Assembly: GCA_963804645.1 (NCBI GenBank)
Contig: CAWDRG010000009.1
Span: forward strand, 864,001-928,000
Direction: 5' to 3'
DNA length: 64,000 nt
DNA from: an uncultured Bacillota bacterium
Lineage (GTDB): Bacteria > Sysuimicrobiota > Sysuimicrobiia > Sysuimicrobiales > Segetimicrobiaceae
Shown here: piece by piece, positions 9,467-18,750 of the stretch
How the letters are laid out: every line of letters begins with the position of its first letter
Numbering within the stretch: position 1 is the first letter of the stretch
Notes under the pieces: generated by a model
Told to the model about the DNA's origin: nothing
The model's input: only the letters and a program-made list of their open reading frames with translations
Database searches by the model: none
Position numbers and translations under genes: made by a program

Positions 9467-10702
9467 TCAGGAAGTGCCGTGCCGCGGCGCGGATCGCACC
9501 GACTCGACCGCCGCCGCTCGCTGCGCGGCCGCCATCACCTGCTTCAGCGGGACCCCGTGCCGCTCGGCAAGGGCGCGGCACGCATCGAACTCGGGCGCCA
9601 TGTTCACGATGCCGGTGCCGTCGCTGGCGACCTTCACCGGGATGCTCCCGAACTCCGTTTCCACGTGCACGATCCGGCGTTCCATCGCGTACCGCGCGAC
9701 CTCGTACGTACGCACCCCGAGCGTCGTCGTCTCCGCGAACAGAATCCCCGACAGCGCTCGGGCCAGCTCCGGCGGCGCGAGGACGCGCACCAGCTGACCG
9801 GGGCGGCCCTTCTTCATGACCGCTGGCACGAGCGCGACGTCGAGCGCGCCCGCCTCGAAGAGGCGCGCCGAGACGTACGGATAGAGCTGCGGGTTCATGT
9901 CGTCGATGGACGTCTCCAGCATCACGAGCCGCTCGATCGGGAGACCGCGGCCGTCCGAGGGCATCGCCGACAGCCCGTCGACCGGCGCGTCCAGCGGGGT
10001 GCCGACAAACAGCCTGAGCACGTTCGCGCGCGGCGGATCCGCCTTGCCGGCGCCGGTTCCGATCCGTTCCAGCCGCATCGGCGGCAGCGGGCCCCATCGG
10101 GTCACGAGGGCCGAAAGCAGCGCCGCGCCGGTTGGCGTGAGGAGCTCTCCCTCGACGTCGCCCGAATAGACCGGCATGCCCTCGAGCAGGACTTGCGTGG
10201 CGGGCGCCGGCACGGGCACGACGCCGTGCGCGATCTTCACCCAGCCCCGCCCGACGTTGACGGGAGATGCGACGACGGGGTCGAGTCCGAGGGCGTCGAC
10301 GCCGGCGAGCACGCCGACGACATCCACGAGCGTGTCGAGACCGCCGAGCTCGTGTAGGTGCACGCGCTCGATCGGCACGCCGTGGACCTCGGATTCGACC
10401 TCGGCGAGGCGGCGGAGCACCGCGGCTCCACCGTCCCGCACCGGCGCGGGGACCCGGCTGGCGGCCAGCGTCTCCATCAGACGCGGATAAGGACGCGCAT
10501 GGGGCGGATCCTGTTCGACGAGTTCCACGCGCAGCGCGGGTACCCCGCGCCGCTCGCTCCGGGTCACCCGCACCTGCACCGGCACGCCGAGATTCTCAAC
10601 GACCTCTCGAAGCGCGTCCTCGGGCCACCCCGCGCCGAGCAGGGCGCCGAGCAGCATGTCGCCGCTCGCCCCGCTCCCGCAATCAAGGTACCCGATGCGC
10701 AT
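9467..10702 (-). CDS. larC: Nickel pincer cofactor biosynthesis protein LarC (nickel insertase)
   Basis: YLDCGSGASGDMLLGAL, HLHELGGLDTLVDVVG, ELLTPTGAA, ETSIDDM, MKKGRPG, ETTTLGVR, PEFDAC. Confidence 0.95.
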   Translation of the reverse strand: MRIGYLDCGSGASGDMLLGALLGAGWPEDALREVVENLGVPVQVRVTRSERRGVPALRVELVEQDPPHARPYPRLMETLAASRVPAPVRDGGAAVLRRLAEVESEVHGVPIERVHLHELGGLDTLVDVVGVLAGVDALGLDPVVASPVNVGRGWVKIAHGVVPVPAPATQVLLEGMPVYSGDVEGELLTPTGAALLSALVTRWGPLPPMRLERIGTGAGKADPPRANVLRLFVGTPLDAPVDGLSAMPSDGRGLPIERLVMLETSIDDMNPQLYPYVSARLFEAGALDVALVPAVMKKGRPGQLVRVLAPPELARALSGILFAETTTLGVRTYEVARYAMERRIVHVETEFGSIPVKVASDGTGIVNMAPEFDACRALAERHGVPLKQVMAAAQRAAAVESVRSAPRHGTS

Positions 10703-11471
10703 GCGCCCCCTCGGATTCCGTCGAGACGCCGCCCGCGTTGATGCGCGCGGCGAGGTAGCCCGCGCCGAACCCGTTGTCGATATTGACGACCGCGACGCCC
10801 GGGGCGCACGCGGTGAGCATCGTGAGCAGCGGGGCGAACCCGCCGAGGTGCGCGCCGTAGCCGACGCTCGTCGGCACGCCGATGACCGGCGCGCTGGTCA
10901 GCCCGGCGACGACCGCGGGGAGGGCCCCGTCCATGCCGGCGACTATCACCAGCACGCGGGCCCGCTCAAGGAGCGCGCGGTGTGCGCCCAGGCGGTGGAG
11001 CCCGCTCACGCCGACGTCGAACACGCGCTCCACGTCCGCGCCCATGACCGCCGCGGTCCACGCGGCTTCTTCGGCGACGGGCAGATCGCCAGTGCCGCCG
11101 GTCAGCACACCGACACATCCGATCCCGCGCGCCGGTACGTCCCCGAGCACCAAGAGTCCGGCCTCCGCGATGTGGCGCGCGTCCGGAAGCGCCGCCGCCA
11201 CGCCGGCCGCGACCTCCGGCGTCGCCCGCGTCAGCAGCACCGGGTCCCCGCTCCCGCGCAGCGTCCGGGCGATGTCCACGATCTGGGCGACCGACTTTCC
11301 GGGGCAGTAGACCGTTTCCGGCGCGCCGCGCCGCAGCGGCCGGTGCGTGTCGATCTTCGCGAAGCCGAGGTCTGTGAACGGGAGCCAGCGCAGTTCGGAC
11401 AGGGCGTCTTGGACGGAGACGGTGCCGGACCGCACGCCGTCCAGCAGGCGCGCGAGCGCATCCTCGTTCAC
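10683..11471 (-). CDS. larB: Nickel pincer cofactor biosynthesis protein LarB
   Basis: FAKIDTHRPLRRGAPETVYCPGK, GTGDLPVAEEA, DVGVSGLHRL, AGMDGALP, PTSVGYG, VVNIDNGFGA. Confidence 0.96.
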   Translation of the reverse strand: MNEDALARLLDGVRSGTVSVQDALSELRWLPFTDLGFAKIDTHRPLRRGAPETVYCPGKSVAQIVDIARTLRGSGDPVLLTRATPEVAAGVAAALPDARHIAEAGLLVLGDVPARGIGCVGVLTGGTGDLPVAEEAAWTAAVMGADVERVFDVGVSGLHRLGAHRALLERARVLVIVAGMDGALPAVVAGLTSAPVIGVPTSVGYGAHLGGFAPLLTMLTACAPGVAVVNIDNGFGAGYLAARINAGGVSTESEGAHAHRVP

Positions 11472-12347
11472 GGGACGTGCCCGCCGGAGACCGGCGCGGT
11501 GTCACCCGCCGGCACGAACTGTGCCGAGAAGCGTCCCGATCGGAGCCCGTCGGACGCGACGCGGACCGCGGCGAACCCGATGGCGCGAAAGGCTTCCGTA
11601 ACCCCCTCTAATAGGGACGCCAGGCGCTGGATCTCCGATACGGGCACCTCGATGCTCGCGGTGGCGCCGTGGTGGCGGACCCGCACCTCGTGGAATCCGA
11701 GTTCATGCAGGACGCGTTCAGCCGCCTCGATCTGACTCAGCGCCAGCACGGTCACCGGGGCCCCAAACGGCAGCCGCGACGCGAGGCAGGGCGCGGCCGG
11801 CTTGTCCCAGACTTCGAGCCCGATGCGGCGTGCGAGCACGCGGACGTCCGCCTTGCCGAGGCCCGCGTCGAGCAGCGGCGCATGCACCGCGAACTCCTCG
11901 GCGGCCCGCATGCCGGGCCGGTAGTCGCCCCGATCATCGACGTTGGCGCCGTAGGCCACCGCCTGGAGCCCGAGGGCACGCGCGAGCGCCGCCAGCTCGG
12001 TAAACAGCGCGTGCTTGCAGAAGTAGCAGCGATGCGCGTCGTTTCGGAGATAGCGCGGATCCTCAAATTCTCGAGTCTCGACACGGACGTGGCGCACGCC
12101 GAGCCGGCTGGCGATCCGCTCCGCGATCGCCAGCTCATCCTGCGCAAGCGAGGGGGACACCGCGGTGGCCGCCACGCATCGCTCGCCGAGCGCCTGGATA
12201 GGCCGCGGCCAGCAGGTACGCGCTGTCCACCCCGCCGGAGAACGCGACCACCACCCCGCCGAGGCCCCGCAGGAGCGCGTCGAGCCGCGCCTGCTTGAGG
12301 GCGAGCGCGTCGACGTTGGCGTCTTTGGCCGGTTGCTGTGTCTGCAC
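11468..12347 (-). pseudogene. larE: LarE ATP-dependent sulfur transferase, interrupted by a 1-nt insertion at about 12196-12200 (pseudogene or sequencing error)
   Basis: N-part (GTG 12347, frame of ORF 12135-12596) has the PP-loop VVAFSGGVDSAYLL; C-part (ORF 11468-12175) has ATAVSPSL, NDAHRCYFCK, DDRGDYRPG, KPAAPCLASR. Removing one base from GCC-TAT-C-CAG joins them as AAA(Y/I)QALGERCVAATAVSPSL. Confidence 0.88.
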
Positions 12348-12435
12348 TGCCGCGTCCTCGATCCTCAACCGGCGTCGCTGACGTTGGCCAGCGATCCCGG
12401 AGCGATGTGTCGCACGCCCCCGCCCGCGCGGCGGA

Positions 12436-13764
12436 TCAAAAGTTCCCGTGCGGCGTCCGGGACGCGGGATGCGCCTCGGGAATTGGGGAGGCGAGCACGC
12501 CGTCTTCGGTGAACACGAGCGGCTTCGCCGGGCCCACCCGAACCGCCTGGGGCACCAGGTCCGGAAGCACGGCCTCGGACACCGCCAGATCCCCAAGGGC
12601 GAGGGTGTTTTGCACGTAGACGATCCGCGGCTGACCCTCCGCCGGGACGGGAGCCGCCAGCACGGCCGCCTCGACCGCGTCCCGGTCGGTCGCCATGATC
12701 GCGGGAAGGCGGATGCTCTCGGTCACGGTGGACGTGAGGGCGTTCATATACGTCGCCGCGAGGTCGATCTTCTCGAGCACCCGCTGGGGGACGAAGTCCG
12801 CGAGGCCGATGCCGTTCGCGTTCCCGTGCGTCTCGGCGGTGAGGTCGAGGACCACGATCTTGCGGATGACCGGTCCCCCCGAGGCAAACGGTGTCGGGTA
12901 CCGCCCCGTGATGTTCGGATCCATGCCGTCCCCGCTGATGTTCTTGCCGATTTCCTGGACGATCAGGACGTCAATGTCCTGGACGGGCAGCCGCGGCATG
13001 AGGCTGCGCGCTCGCTCCAGCAGCGGAGGCTCGCGGTCGAGGAACGCCTCGGGGGGCACGACGGCGATCTCCACCGGGATATCGTAGGCGTCCTCCACCG
13101 TCGCCACGCCGAAGAGCAGCGGGGCCTTCGCGCGCACGATCTCCCATCCTTCAAGAAGACGCGCCGCGAAGCGGCCGAATCCCGGGGCGTGCATCGCGTG
13201 CGCACCCCGCTGCTTGCCCACGCCGATCACCGCCATTTTGATCAGGCCGCTCTCGATCCGTCCTCGAAACGCGGTGTGCGGCTTGATGCGTCCGATGACG
13301 ACCGCCGCCCCGGCCTCAAAGGCGCGCCGGTCCCAGTAGACGCCGGAGCCGTCCGCGAGGTGACCGAGTTCGACGACGTCCATCGATGAGACGATCGGCG
13401 CCCCGACGTCGGTCTCGGTGATCCCCAGGCTTGCCAGCACTTCCGTTTGTCCTTCTGCCGTCGCGCCGCCGTGGCTGCCCATGGAGGGGACGATGAAGGG
13501 CTCGGCCCCATGGTCGCGCAGCAGCCGGACCACCAGTGCCGTGACCTCCGCGATCTTTGCGATTCCGCGGCTGCCCACCGCCACGGCGACCTTCCGGCCG
13601 CGGGGGATGCGGCGCACGATATCGGGATCGGCAAACTGGCGGCGCAGCTCCTGGTCGACATCGCACGCTCCGGGGGACGGAAACGTCTGGGACACACGCG
13701 TCATTAATGGAAGCGCCGGCGATGCCGGTGCCCGGACCCCTCGAATGCTTACCGGCCGCTGCAT
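12436..13764 (-). CDS. LarA-like nickel-pincer-dependent racemase/epimerase homolog (lactate racemase N-terminal/DUF2088 domain)
   Basis: VAVAVGSRGI, PFIVPSMGSHGGATAEGQ, RIKPHTAF, ESGLIKMAVIGVGK, GKNISGDGMD, HGNANGIG; directly upstream of larE-B-C; alternative start 13704. Confidence 0.8.
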   Translation of the reverse strand: MQRPVSIRGVRAPASPALPLMTRVSQTFPSPGACDVDQELRRQFADPDIVRRIPRGRKVAVAVGSRGIAKIAEVTALVVRLLRDHGAEPFIVPSMGSHGGATAEGQTEVLASLGITETDVGAPIVSSMDVVELGHLADGSGVYWDRRAFEAGAAVVIGRIKPHTAFRGRIESGLIKMAVIGVGKQRGAHAMHAPGFGRFAARLLEGWEIVRAKAPLLFGVATVEDAYDIPVEIAVVPPEAFLDREPPLLERARSLMPRLPVQDIDVLIVQEIGKNISGDGMDPNITGRYPTPFASGGPVIRKIVVLDLTAETHGNANGIGLADFVPQRVLEKIDLAATYMNALTSTVTESIRLPAIMATDRDAVEAAVLAAPVPAEGQPRIVYVQNTLALGDLAVSEAVLPDLVPQAVRVGPAKPLVFTEDGVLASPIPEAHPASRTPHGNF

Positions 13765-14204
13765 AGGGACATCATCCGCCTCGCGTCTACGGTGAACTCA
13801 AAGTTCTCGTTTGGCGACGGCACACCTCCCATCGATGGAGCCCCGTGCGTTCTGCTTGTCCGGTCGGCTGCCTGTCAGGCGAGCGGGGAAGCGTCCGATG
13901 TCACGACCGACGGGATGACGGCGAGTCACGCGGAGGCTCGTCATGCCCGTGTGTCCGAGAACTCTCGATGTTGTTGTGATCGTGAGCCGCGGGGAGCGCA
14001 GTCGTACTGTGCAGGTCACGATGCTGAACCAGATCGCCTGTGTGAGATCGACCGGGCCAGAGAGATTCGCCGCTCACGATGACGGTGAGGGCGGGAGAGG
14101 AGACGTGGATGGGGGGCCTTCACGGTCACCCCAATCACCGCGCCTCTCCGCCACCCGCCCGTGGTGTCTCGTCAGTGCGCGGCGCTCGGCCAGCCCAAAT
14201 GTGG

Positions 14205-14242
14205 TAGTATACTATTAGCATTCTGGTAGTGTGTCAATTGAC
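14205..14242 (-). promoter_or_regulatory. Consensus sigma70 promoter facing the lar operon, with a palindrome over the -10 (candidate GntR operator)
   Basis: Minus strand TTGACA(14237-14232)-17 nt-TAGTAT(14214-14209); palindromes TAGTATACTA 14205-14214 and GTCAATTGAC 14233-14242; AT-rich patch in GC-rich DNA. Confidence 0.7.
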
Positions 14243-14350
14243 GGATCGCCGCGACGACGATAACTCGGGCGTTGCGGAGACAGTCGCATCGTGACGGCGG
14301 CGCGCGGCACGGATCATCATACGGGCGCACCGGCAGAGGCCGTAAACCAC

Positions 14351-15055
14351 ATGGGAAAATCGACAATCGAGCAGACACGATATCAGTGGGCGTACGAGGA
14401 AATCCGCCGACGCATCATGGACGGCGATCTGCCTCCCGGGGCCCCGCTGTCTGAGTATCAACTGGCGGAGCTCCTGCAGGTGAGCCGCACGCCCGTCCGG
14501 GAGGCGTTGAAGCGCCTCGAACACGAGGGGATCGTGCGGTCGGCCCCCAACCGGGGGGCGTTCGTGGCCGAGTTGTCCTTGCAGGACATCATGGAGATCT
14601 ACCAGATCCGCGAACAGCTCGAGGGGGTCGCCGCCAGAATCGCGGCACAATCCATGCCTGCGGCCGACGTCCAGGAGCTCGAGGAGGAGCTCCGGCGTGC
14701 TGCCGCGCTCGCGGCGAAGGGCCACGTTCGGGAGACGTTTGAGTCGGATGTGCACCTCCACAAGCAGATCATCGGCGCGACCAGGAACCGGCGGCTCGTC
14801 ACGATCCTGGCGACGCTCGACGACCAGGTACGACGCATTCGGTCCATGTCTCCACGGACACCGGGCCGGCTCGAGGCGACCCTCCGGGAGCACAATGAGA
14901 TTGTCGCCCGCATCAAGGAACGCGATGCGTCGGGGGCCGAGGCCGCCATGCGACGCCACCTGCAGGCGGCGTGCGAGAACGCGGTCCACCTGATCTTTCC
15001 CGCTTCGCCGGCCGCCGCGCTTTCAGCGCTGGTGCCGCTTCCGCAGCAGCGATAG
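14351..15055 (+). CDS. GntR family (FCD) transcriptional regulator
   Basis: AYEEIRRRIMDGDLPPG, LAELLQVSRTPVREALKRLEHEG HTH; FCD motifs D..LH, EH.EIV..I, MRRHL. Confidence 0.95.
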   Translation: MGKSTIEQTRYQWAYEEIRRRIMDGDLPPGAPLSEYQLAELLQVSRTPVREALKRLEHEGIVRSAPNRGAFVAELSLQDIMEIYQIREQLEGVAARIAAQSMPAADVQELEEELRRAAALAAKGHVRETFESDVHLHKQIIGATRNRRLVTILATLDDQVRRIRSMSPRTPGRLEATLREHNEIVARIKERDASGAEAAMRRHLQAACENAVHLIFPASPAAALSALVPLPQQR

Positions 15056-15235
15056 CCGTGGATGCTCCGTTGAGCGCGCACACGGTCGGCAGTGGCACGT
15101 CGGGCCTCGGTGCGGGTGGGGAGTGTCCACGGGCGCGCCGGTCTTCGAGGACCGCGCGTTGATCTCGATCAAGGCACGCAGGCTCCCAACGTAGAGGGCG
15201 GACCGGAAATCCGCTCCGTCGCGAGGTGAGGCCGC

Positions 15236-15883
15236 ATGGGCGAGTTGGCGGAACAACTGTGCAGGTGCTCAACCAGCAGCGTGGCCGATGCGCTCGACGA
15301 GTTGAACGTGGGGCGCGGCGGGGTCGTCGACGGCCTGCGGGTTCTCGGACGGCGCCGGCGTGCGGCCGGTCCCATCGAGACGGTATTGGCCGAGGTGGAC
15401 CTGGTCCCGCGCTATCCGGTCGGAGAGTTCTCCATCGGGCGCCAGATCGAGATCACGGAGCCCGGTGCCATGCTGTTCATCGATGCGCTCGGCAAGCCGG
15501 TGTCCAACTGGGGAGGACTCGCCACTCGTGCGGCGATGCAGCGAGGGCTCGCGGCGGCCGTGGTCCGGGGCGGCGTCCGGGACGCGGAGGAGGTCGAGAC
15601 CCTCGACTTCCTTCTGGCAGCGGCCCACGTCACGCCGCTCACCGGCAAGGGGAGGATCCGCTACGTCGAGCGGGCCGCGGCGTTAGAGTGGGGCCGTATC
15701 CACATCATCCCCGGCGACTGGGCCCTGGTCGATCGGACCGGGATCGTCGTGCTCCCCGCGGATGTGGTGGGGGAGGTCGCACGCCGGGCCGTCGAGATGG
15801 AGGCGGCGGATGAGCGGTTCGCCGGGCTTCTTGATCAGGGACTGGGATTTGAGGACGCGCGGCGCCGGGTGGGGCACTTCTGA
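15236..15883 (+). CDS. RraA family protein (HMG/CHA aldolase-like)
   Basis: SVADALD, IDALG..SNWGGL, VVRGGVRDAEE, IIPGDWALVDRTGIVVLP. Confidence 0.85.
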   Translation: MGELAEQLCRCSTSSVADALDELNVGRGGVVDGLRVLGRRRRAAGPIETVLAEVDLVPRYPVGEFSIGRQIEITEPGAMLFIDALGKPVSNWGGLATRAAMQRGLAAAVVRGGVRDAEEVETLDFLLAAAHVTPLTGKGRIRYVERAAALEWGRIHIIPGDWALVDRTGIVVLPADVVGEVARRAVEMEAADERFAGLLDQGLGFEDARRRVGHF

Positions 15884-15890
15884 CGCGCAC

Positions 15891-15916
15891 GACCGTGCCG
15901 ACGGGTAGGCACGGTC
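15891..15916 (+). terminator. GC hairpin after the RraA gene (no U-tract)
   Basis: GACCGTGCC-8 nt loop-GGCACGGTC immediately after the stop codon. Confidence 0.4.
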
Positions 15917-16201
15917 CCGCGTGACCGCCGGGAGTTGTGAGATGTCGACCCGCGAGCCAGCGCTCTCGCATCGTGTTAGAGTGTCAGAGGAGATCCAGCG
16001 GAGCGTCCACTGGTGGAGCGCCTCGATCGTCCAACCCGCAGACAAGATCGCAGGAGTCCTCTCTCCACGATGGGAATGTTGGCATCGCGATCTGCCTTCG
16101 TCGTTGCATCGAGTCCGATTTGCCCTGGCGCGGCCTCTGACGAGGTTTCGGCCCTGCGGCCGCCGATCGTGCCGGACTAACTCACGAAGGGGGCAACCAT
16201 C

Positions 16202-17815
16202 ATGACACGAAGTGGCGGGAGGCCGTGGTCACTCGTGCTGGCGCTGGTGCTGTTATGCGTCGGGATTGCCGGGCCCGCTTCCACGCAGGTTTCCCCGCAG
16301 CCGAATGAGGTGGTCGTCGTCGCGCTGGACAACTTCGGCCGGGAAGTGCTGGATCCCACGCTGGACAGCGGCGACGGGAAGCGCTACGCCGGCAACACCA
16401 CCGACTATTTGGTCGGGCTGGGGCCCGATGGCAAGCTCAGCAGAGAGACGGGCGTCTTGAGTGATTGGGCGATGGGCCCCGATGCGACCATCTACGTCCT
16501 GAAGGTGCGGCGAGGCATCAAATGGCAGGACGGCGCGGACCTGACCGCGGACGACGTGGCGTTCACGATGACCTACATGGCCCGCAAGGAAGCGATCTGC
16601 CTGTCGTGCGGCACCCTCAAGCAGAACCTCAGCAAGGTGGAAGCGGTCGATCCGTATACGGTGCGCGTCTACCTGAAGACCCCGGATGCGACGTTCATTG
16701 ATGAGATGGCGCCGATTGAAGGCGATGCCAAGGTCGTCCCCAAGCACTTCATCGATGCGCACGGCGCCGACGCGTACAATCAGAGCGGGATGGGCAGCGG
16801 CCCGTGGAAGCTTGTCGAGCGCAAGATCGGCGACTACGCGCTCTTCGAGGCCAACGCCGGCTATTGGCGAAAGGGCGGCATCCCCGGATTCAAATATCTG
16901 CGCTTGAACCTGGTGCCGGAGAGTCAGACCGTCTTGGATATGCTTCGGACCCGGGAGATCGACCTCGGGGCCGTCGGCGCGGACCAGCTCCGGCTGGTCC
17001 AAGCAGCCGGGCTGCGCGTCCTCGGTCCGAGAGACGTGTCCACGCATGTGGTGATGTTCCCCTTGAGCTATGATCCGAAAGCGTGGGCGCACCGGCTGGA
17101 ATTCCGCGAAGCGCTGTCGCTGGCGGTCGATCGGGAGGCGATCATCAAGCGGTTTTATCCGCCCGCGATTGGGGATCCCTACGATAATCAGACCGCCGCG
17201 TTTTTCAGCCCACGGACGTTGGGGTATGATCCGCATCTTGGCAAGTATGCCTACGATCCGGCGGCGGCGAAGCGGCTGCTGCAGCAGGTCGGGTACGACG
17301 GCACCGCCATGAAATTTTGGAGCTTCGTGCTTGCCGGAGCGAGCGAGCTTCCGCAGGTGGCCGACGTGATCGCGCAGATGTGGCAGGCGGTCGGGATCAA
17401 TGTGCAGGTCGTCCCCACGGACTACGGCACGTATTGGTCGATGGTGACGCCCGCGAAACAGACGCTGAACCCCGCGGTGATCAACGTGGCGATCATGACT
17501 CCGCGGGTTCGCCCGACGGTGCTGGGCAACATGCGGGTCTACGCCGTCAGCAAGGCGGATGGCGGGCTCGCGCAGTTTTACTGGGATCCCGCCGGGGCCG
17601 ATACCCTCGTGAACCAGCTGAGTGGGATCGTGGATCCGCTTGTGCGCGCGAACCGGCTGCTGCAGGTCAACCAGCGCATGCATGACGAGTATTGGGCGAT
17701 TCCCGTCGCGCTGCGCAACGCGACGTTCGCGGTCGGACCAAAGGTGCAGTCGTGGAAGCCCTTCCCGGCCGTGCTATCAGAGTTGAACTTTCCGAGTCTC
17801 GCGCCCGCGAAGTAA
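16202..17815 (+). CDS. Peptide/nickel ABC transporter substrate-binding protein (family 5)
   Basis: Sec-type signal; VRRGIKWQDGADLTADDVAFT, GSGPWKL, FREALSLAVDREAI. Confidence 0.92.
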   Translation: MTRSGGRPWSLVLALVLLCVGIAGPASTQVSPQPNEVVVVALDNFGREVLDPTLDSGDGKRYAGNTTDYLVGLGPDGKLSRETGVLSDWAMGPDATIYVLKVRRGIKWQDGADLTADDVAFTMTYMARKEAICLSCGTLKQNLSKVEAVDPYTVRVYLKTPDATFIDEMAPIEGDAKVVPKHFIDAHGADAYNQSGMGSGPWKLVERKIGDYALFEANAGYWRKGGIPGFKYLRLNLVPESQTVLDMLRTREIDLGAVGADQLRLVQAAGLRVLGPRDVSTHVVMFPLSYDPKAWAHRLEFREALSLAVDREAIIKRFYPPAIGDPYDNQTAAFFSPRTLGYDPHLGKYAYDPAAAKRLLQQVGYDGTAMKFWSFVLAGASELPQVADVIAQMWQAVGINVQVVPTDYGTYWSMVTPAKQTLNPAVINVAIMTPRVRPTVLGNMRVYAVSKADGGLAQFYWDPAGADTLVNQLSGIVDPLVRANRLLQVNQRMHDEYWAIPVALRNATFAVGPKVQSWKPFPAVLSELNFPSLAPAK

Positions 17816-17833
17816 GCCCAGCGTGCGGGCCTC

Positions 17834-18748
17834 GTGACGAGTTTTGCGCTGTCCCGCCTTGCCCAGGCGATCCCAACGCTGGTCGCCGTGAGCGCCATCG
17901 TCTTCGTGATGGGGCATGCCACCGGCGACCCGGCGGCGCTCGTCCTCCCGCCCGAGGCCTCCGCATCGGAGCGCGCCGCATTCCGGCAGCAGAACGGCTT
18001 GGATCGGCCCCTGATCGTGCAGTACGCGATCTTCCTCAACGAGGCCGCGCGGGGGAATTTTGGCAACTCGATCCGCACGGGCGGGCCGGTCATGACCCTG
18101 GTGCTCAGCCGTCTGCGCAACTCGCTCAGGCTGGCCACCGTGGCGGTCGTCCTCAGCCTCGCGGTGAGCGTTCCGCTGGGAGTGGCCGCGGCGGCCATGC
18201 GCGGCTCGCTGTGGGATCGGCTCGCCTTGGGATTTTCCTTCCTCGGACAGGCGTCCCCGCCGTTCTTCATCGCCATCGTAAGCGTGCTGCTCTTCGCGGT
18301 GCTGCTGGGGTGGGTCCCGGCGGGCGGCGCCGGGTCGTGGAAGAGCTATATCCTGCCGTCTCTCGTGCTCGCCTGGACCATCAGCGCCGGCATCGCGCGT
18401 CTCGTGCGCTCCAGCATGCTCGAGACATTGGACACCGAGTACGTCAAGTTTGCGCGCCTCAAGGGCCTCGCGGAGCCGAACGTCCTCGTGAAGCACGCGC
18501 TACTCAACGCGCTGATCCCCGTCGTCACGTTTACGGGGTTGATGTATGGGACGATTATCGCCTCCGCCGTGACCGTGGAGGTGGTCTTTGCGTGGCCGGG
18601 ACTCGGCCAGCTGGCCTACCAGGCGATTCTCTGGCGCGACTTTCCCGTCTTGCAGGCGACGGTCCTCATGTGGACGGTCCTGATCATCGTGGTCAACTTC
18701 ATTGTCGACGCGGTGTATTTTGTCGTCGATCCGAGGATTCGGGGGTAG
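17834..18748 (+). CDS. Peptide/nickel ABC permease (DppB-like)
   Basis: GDPA, GLDRPLIVQY, EYVKFARLKGL, HALLNALIP, FAWPGLG, RDFPVLQ, DPRIR. Confidence 0.95.
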   Translation: MTSFALSRLAQAIPTLVAVSAIVFVMGHATGDPAALVLPPEASASERAAFRQQNGLDRPLIVQYAIFLNEAARGNFGNSIRTGGPVMTLVLSRLRNSLRLATVAVVLSLAVSVPLGVAAAAMRGSLWDRLALGFSFLGQASPPFFIAIVSVLLFAVLLGWVPAGGAGSWKSYILPSLVLAWTISAGIARLVRSSMLETLDTEYVKFARLKGLAEPNVLVKHALLNALIPVVTFTGLMYGTIIASAVTVEVVFAWPGLGQLAYQAILWRDFPVLQATVLMWTVLIIVVNFIVDAVYFVVDPRIRG

Positions 18749-18750
18749 GC

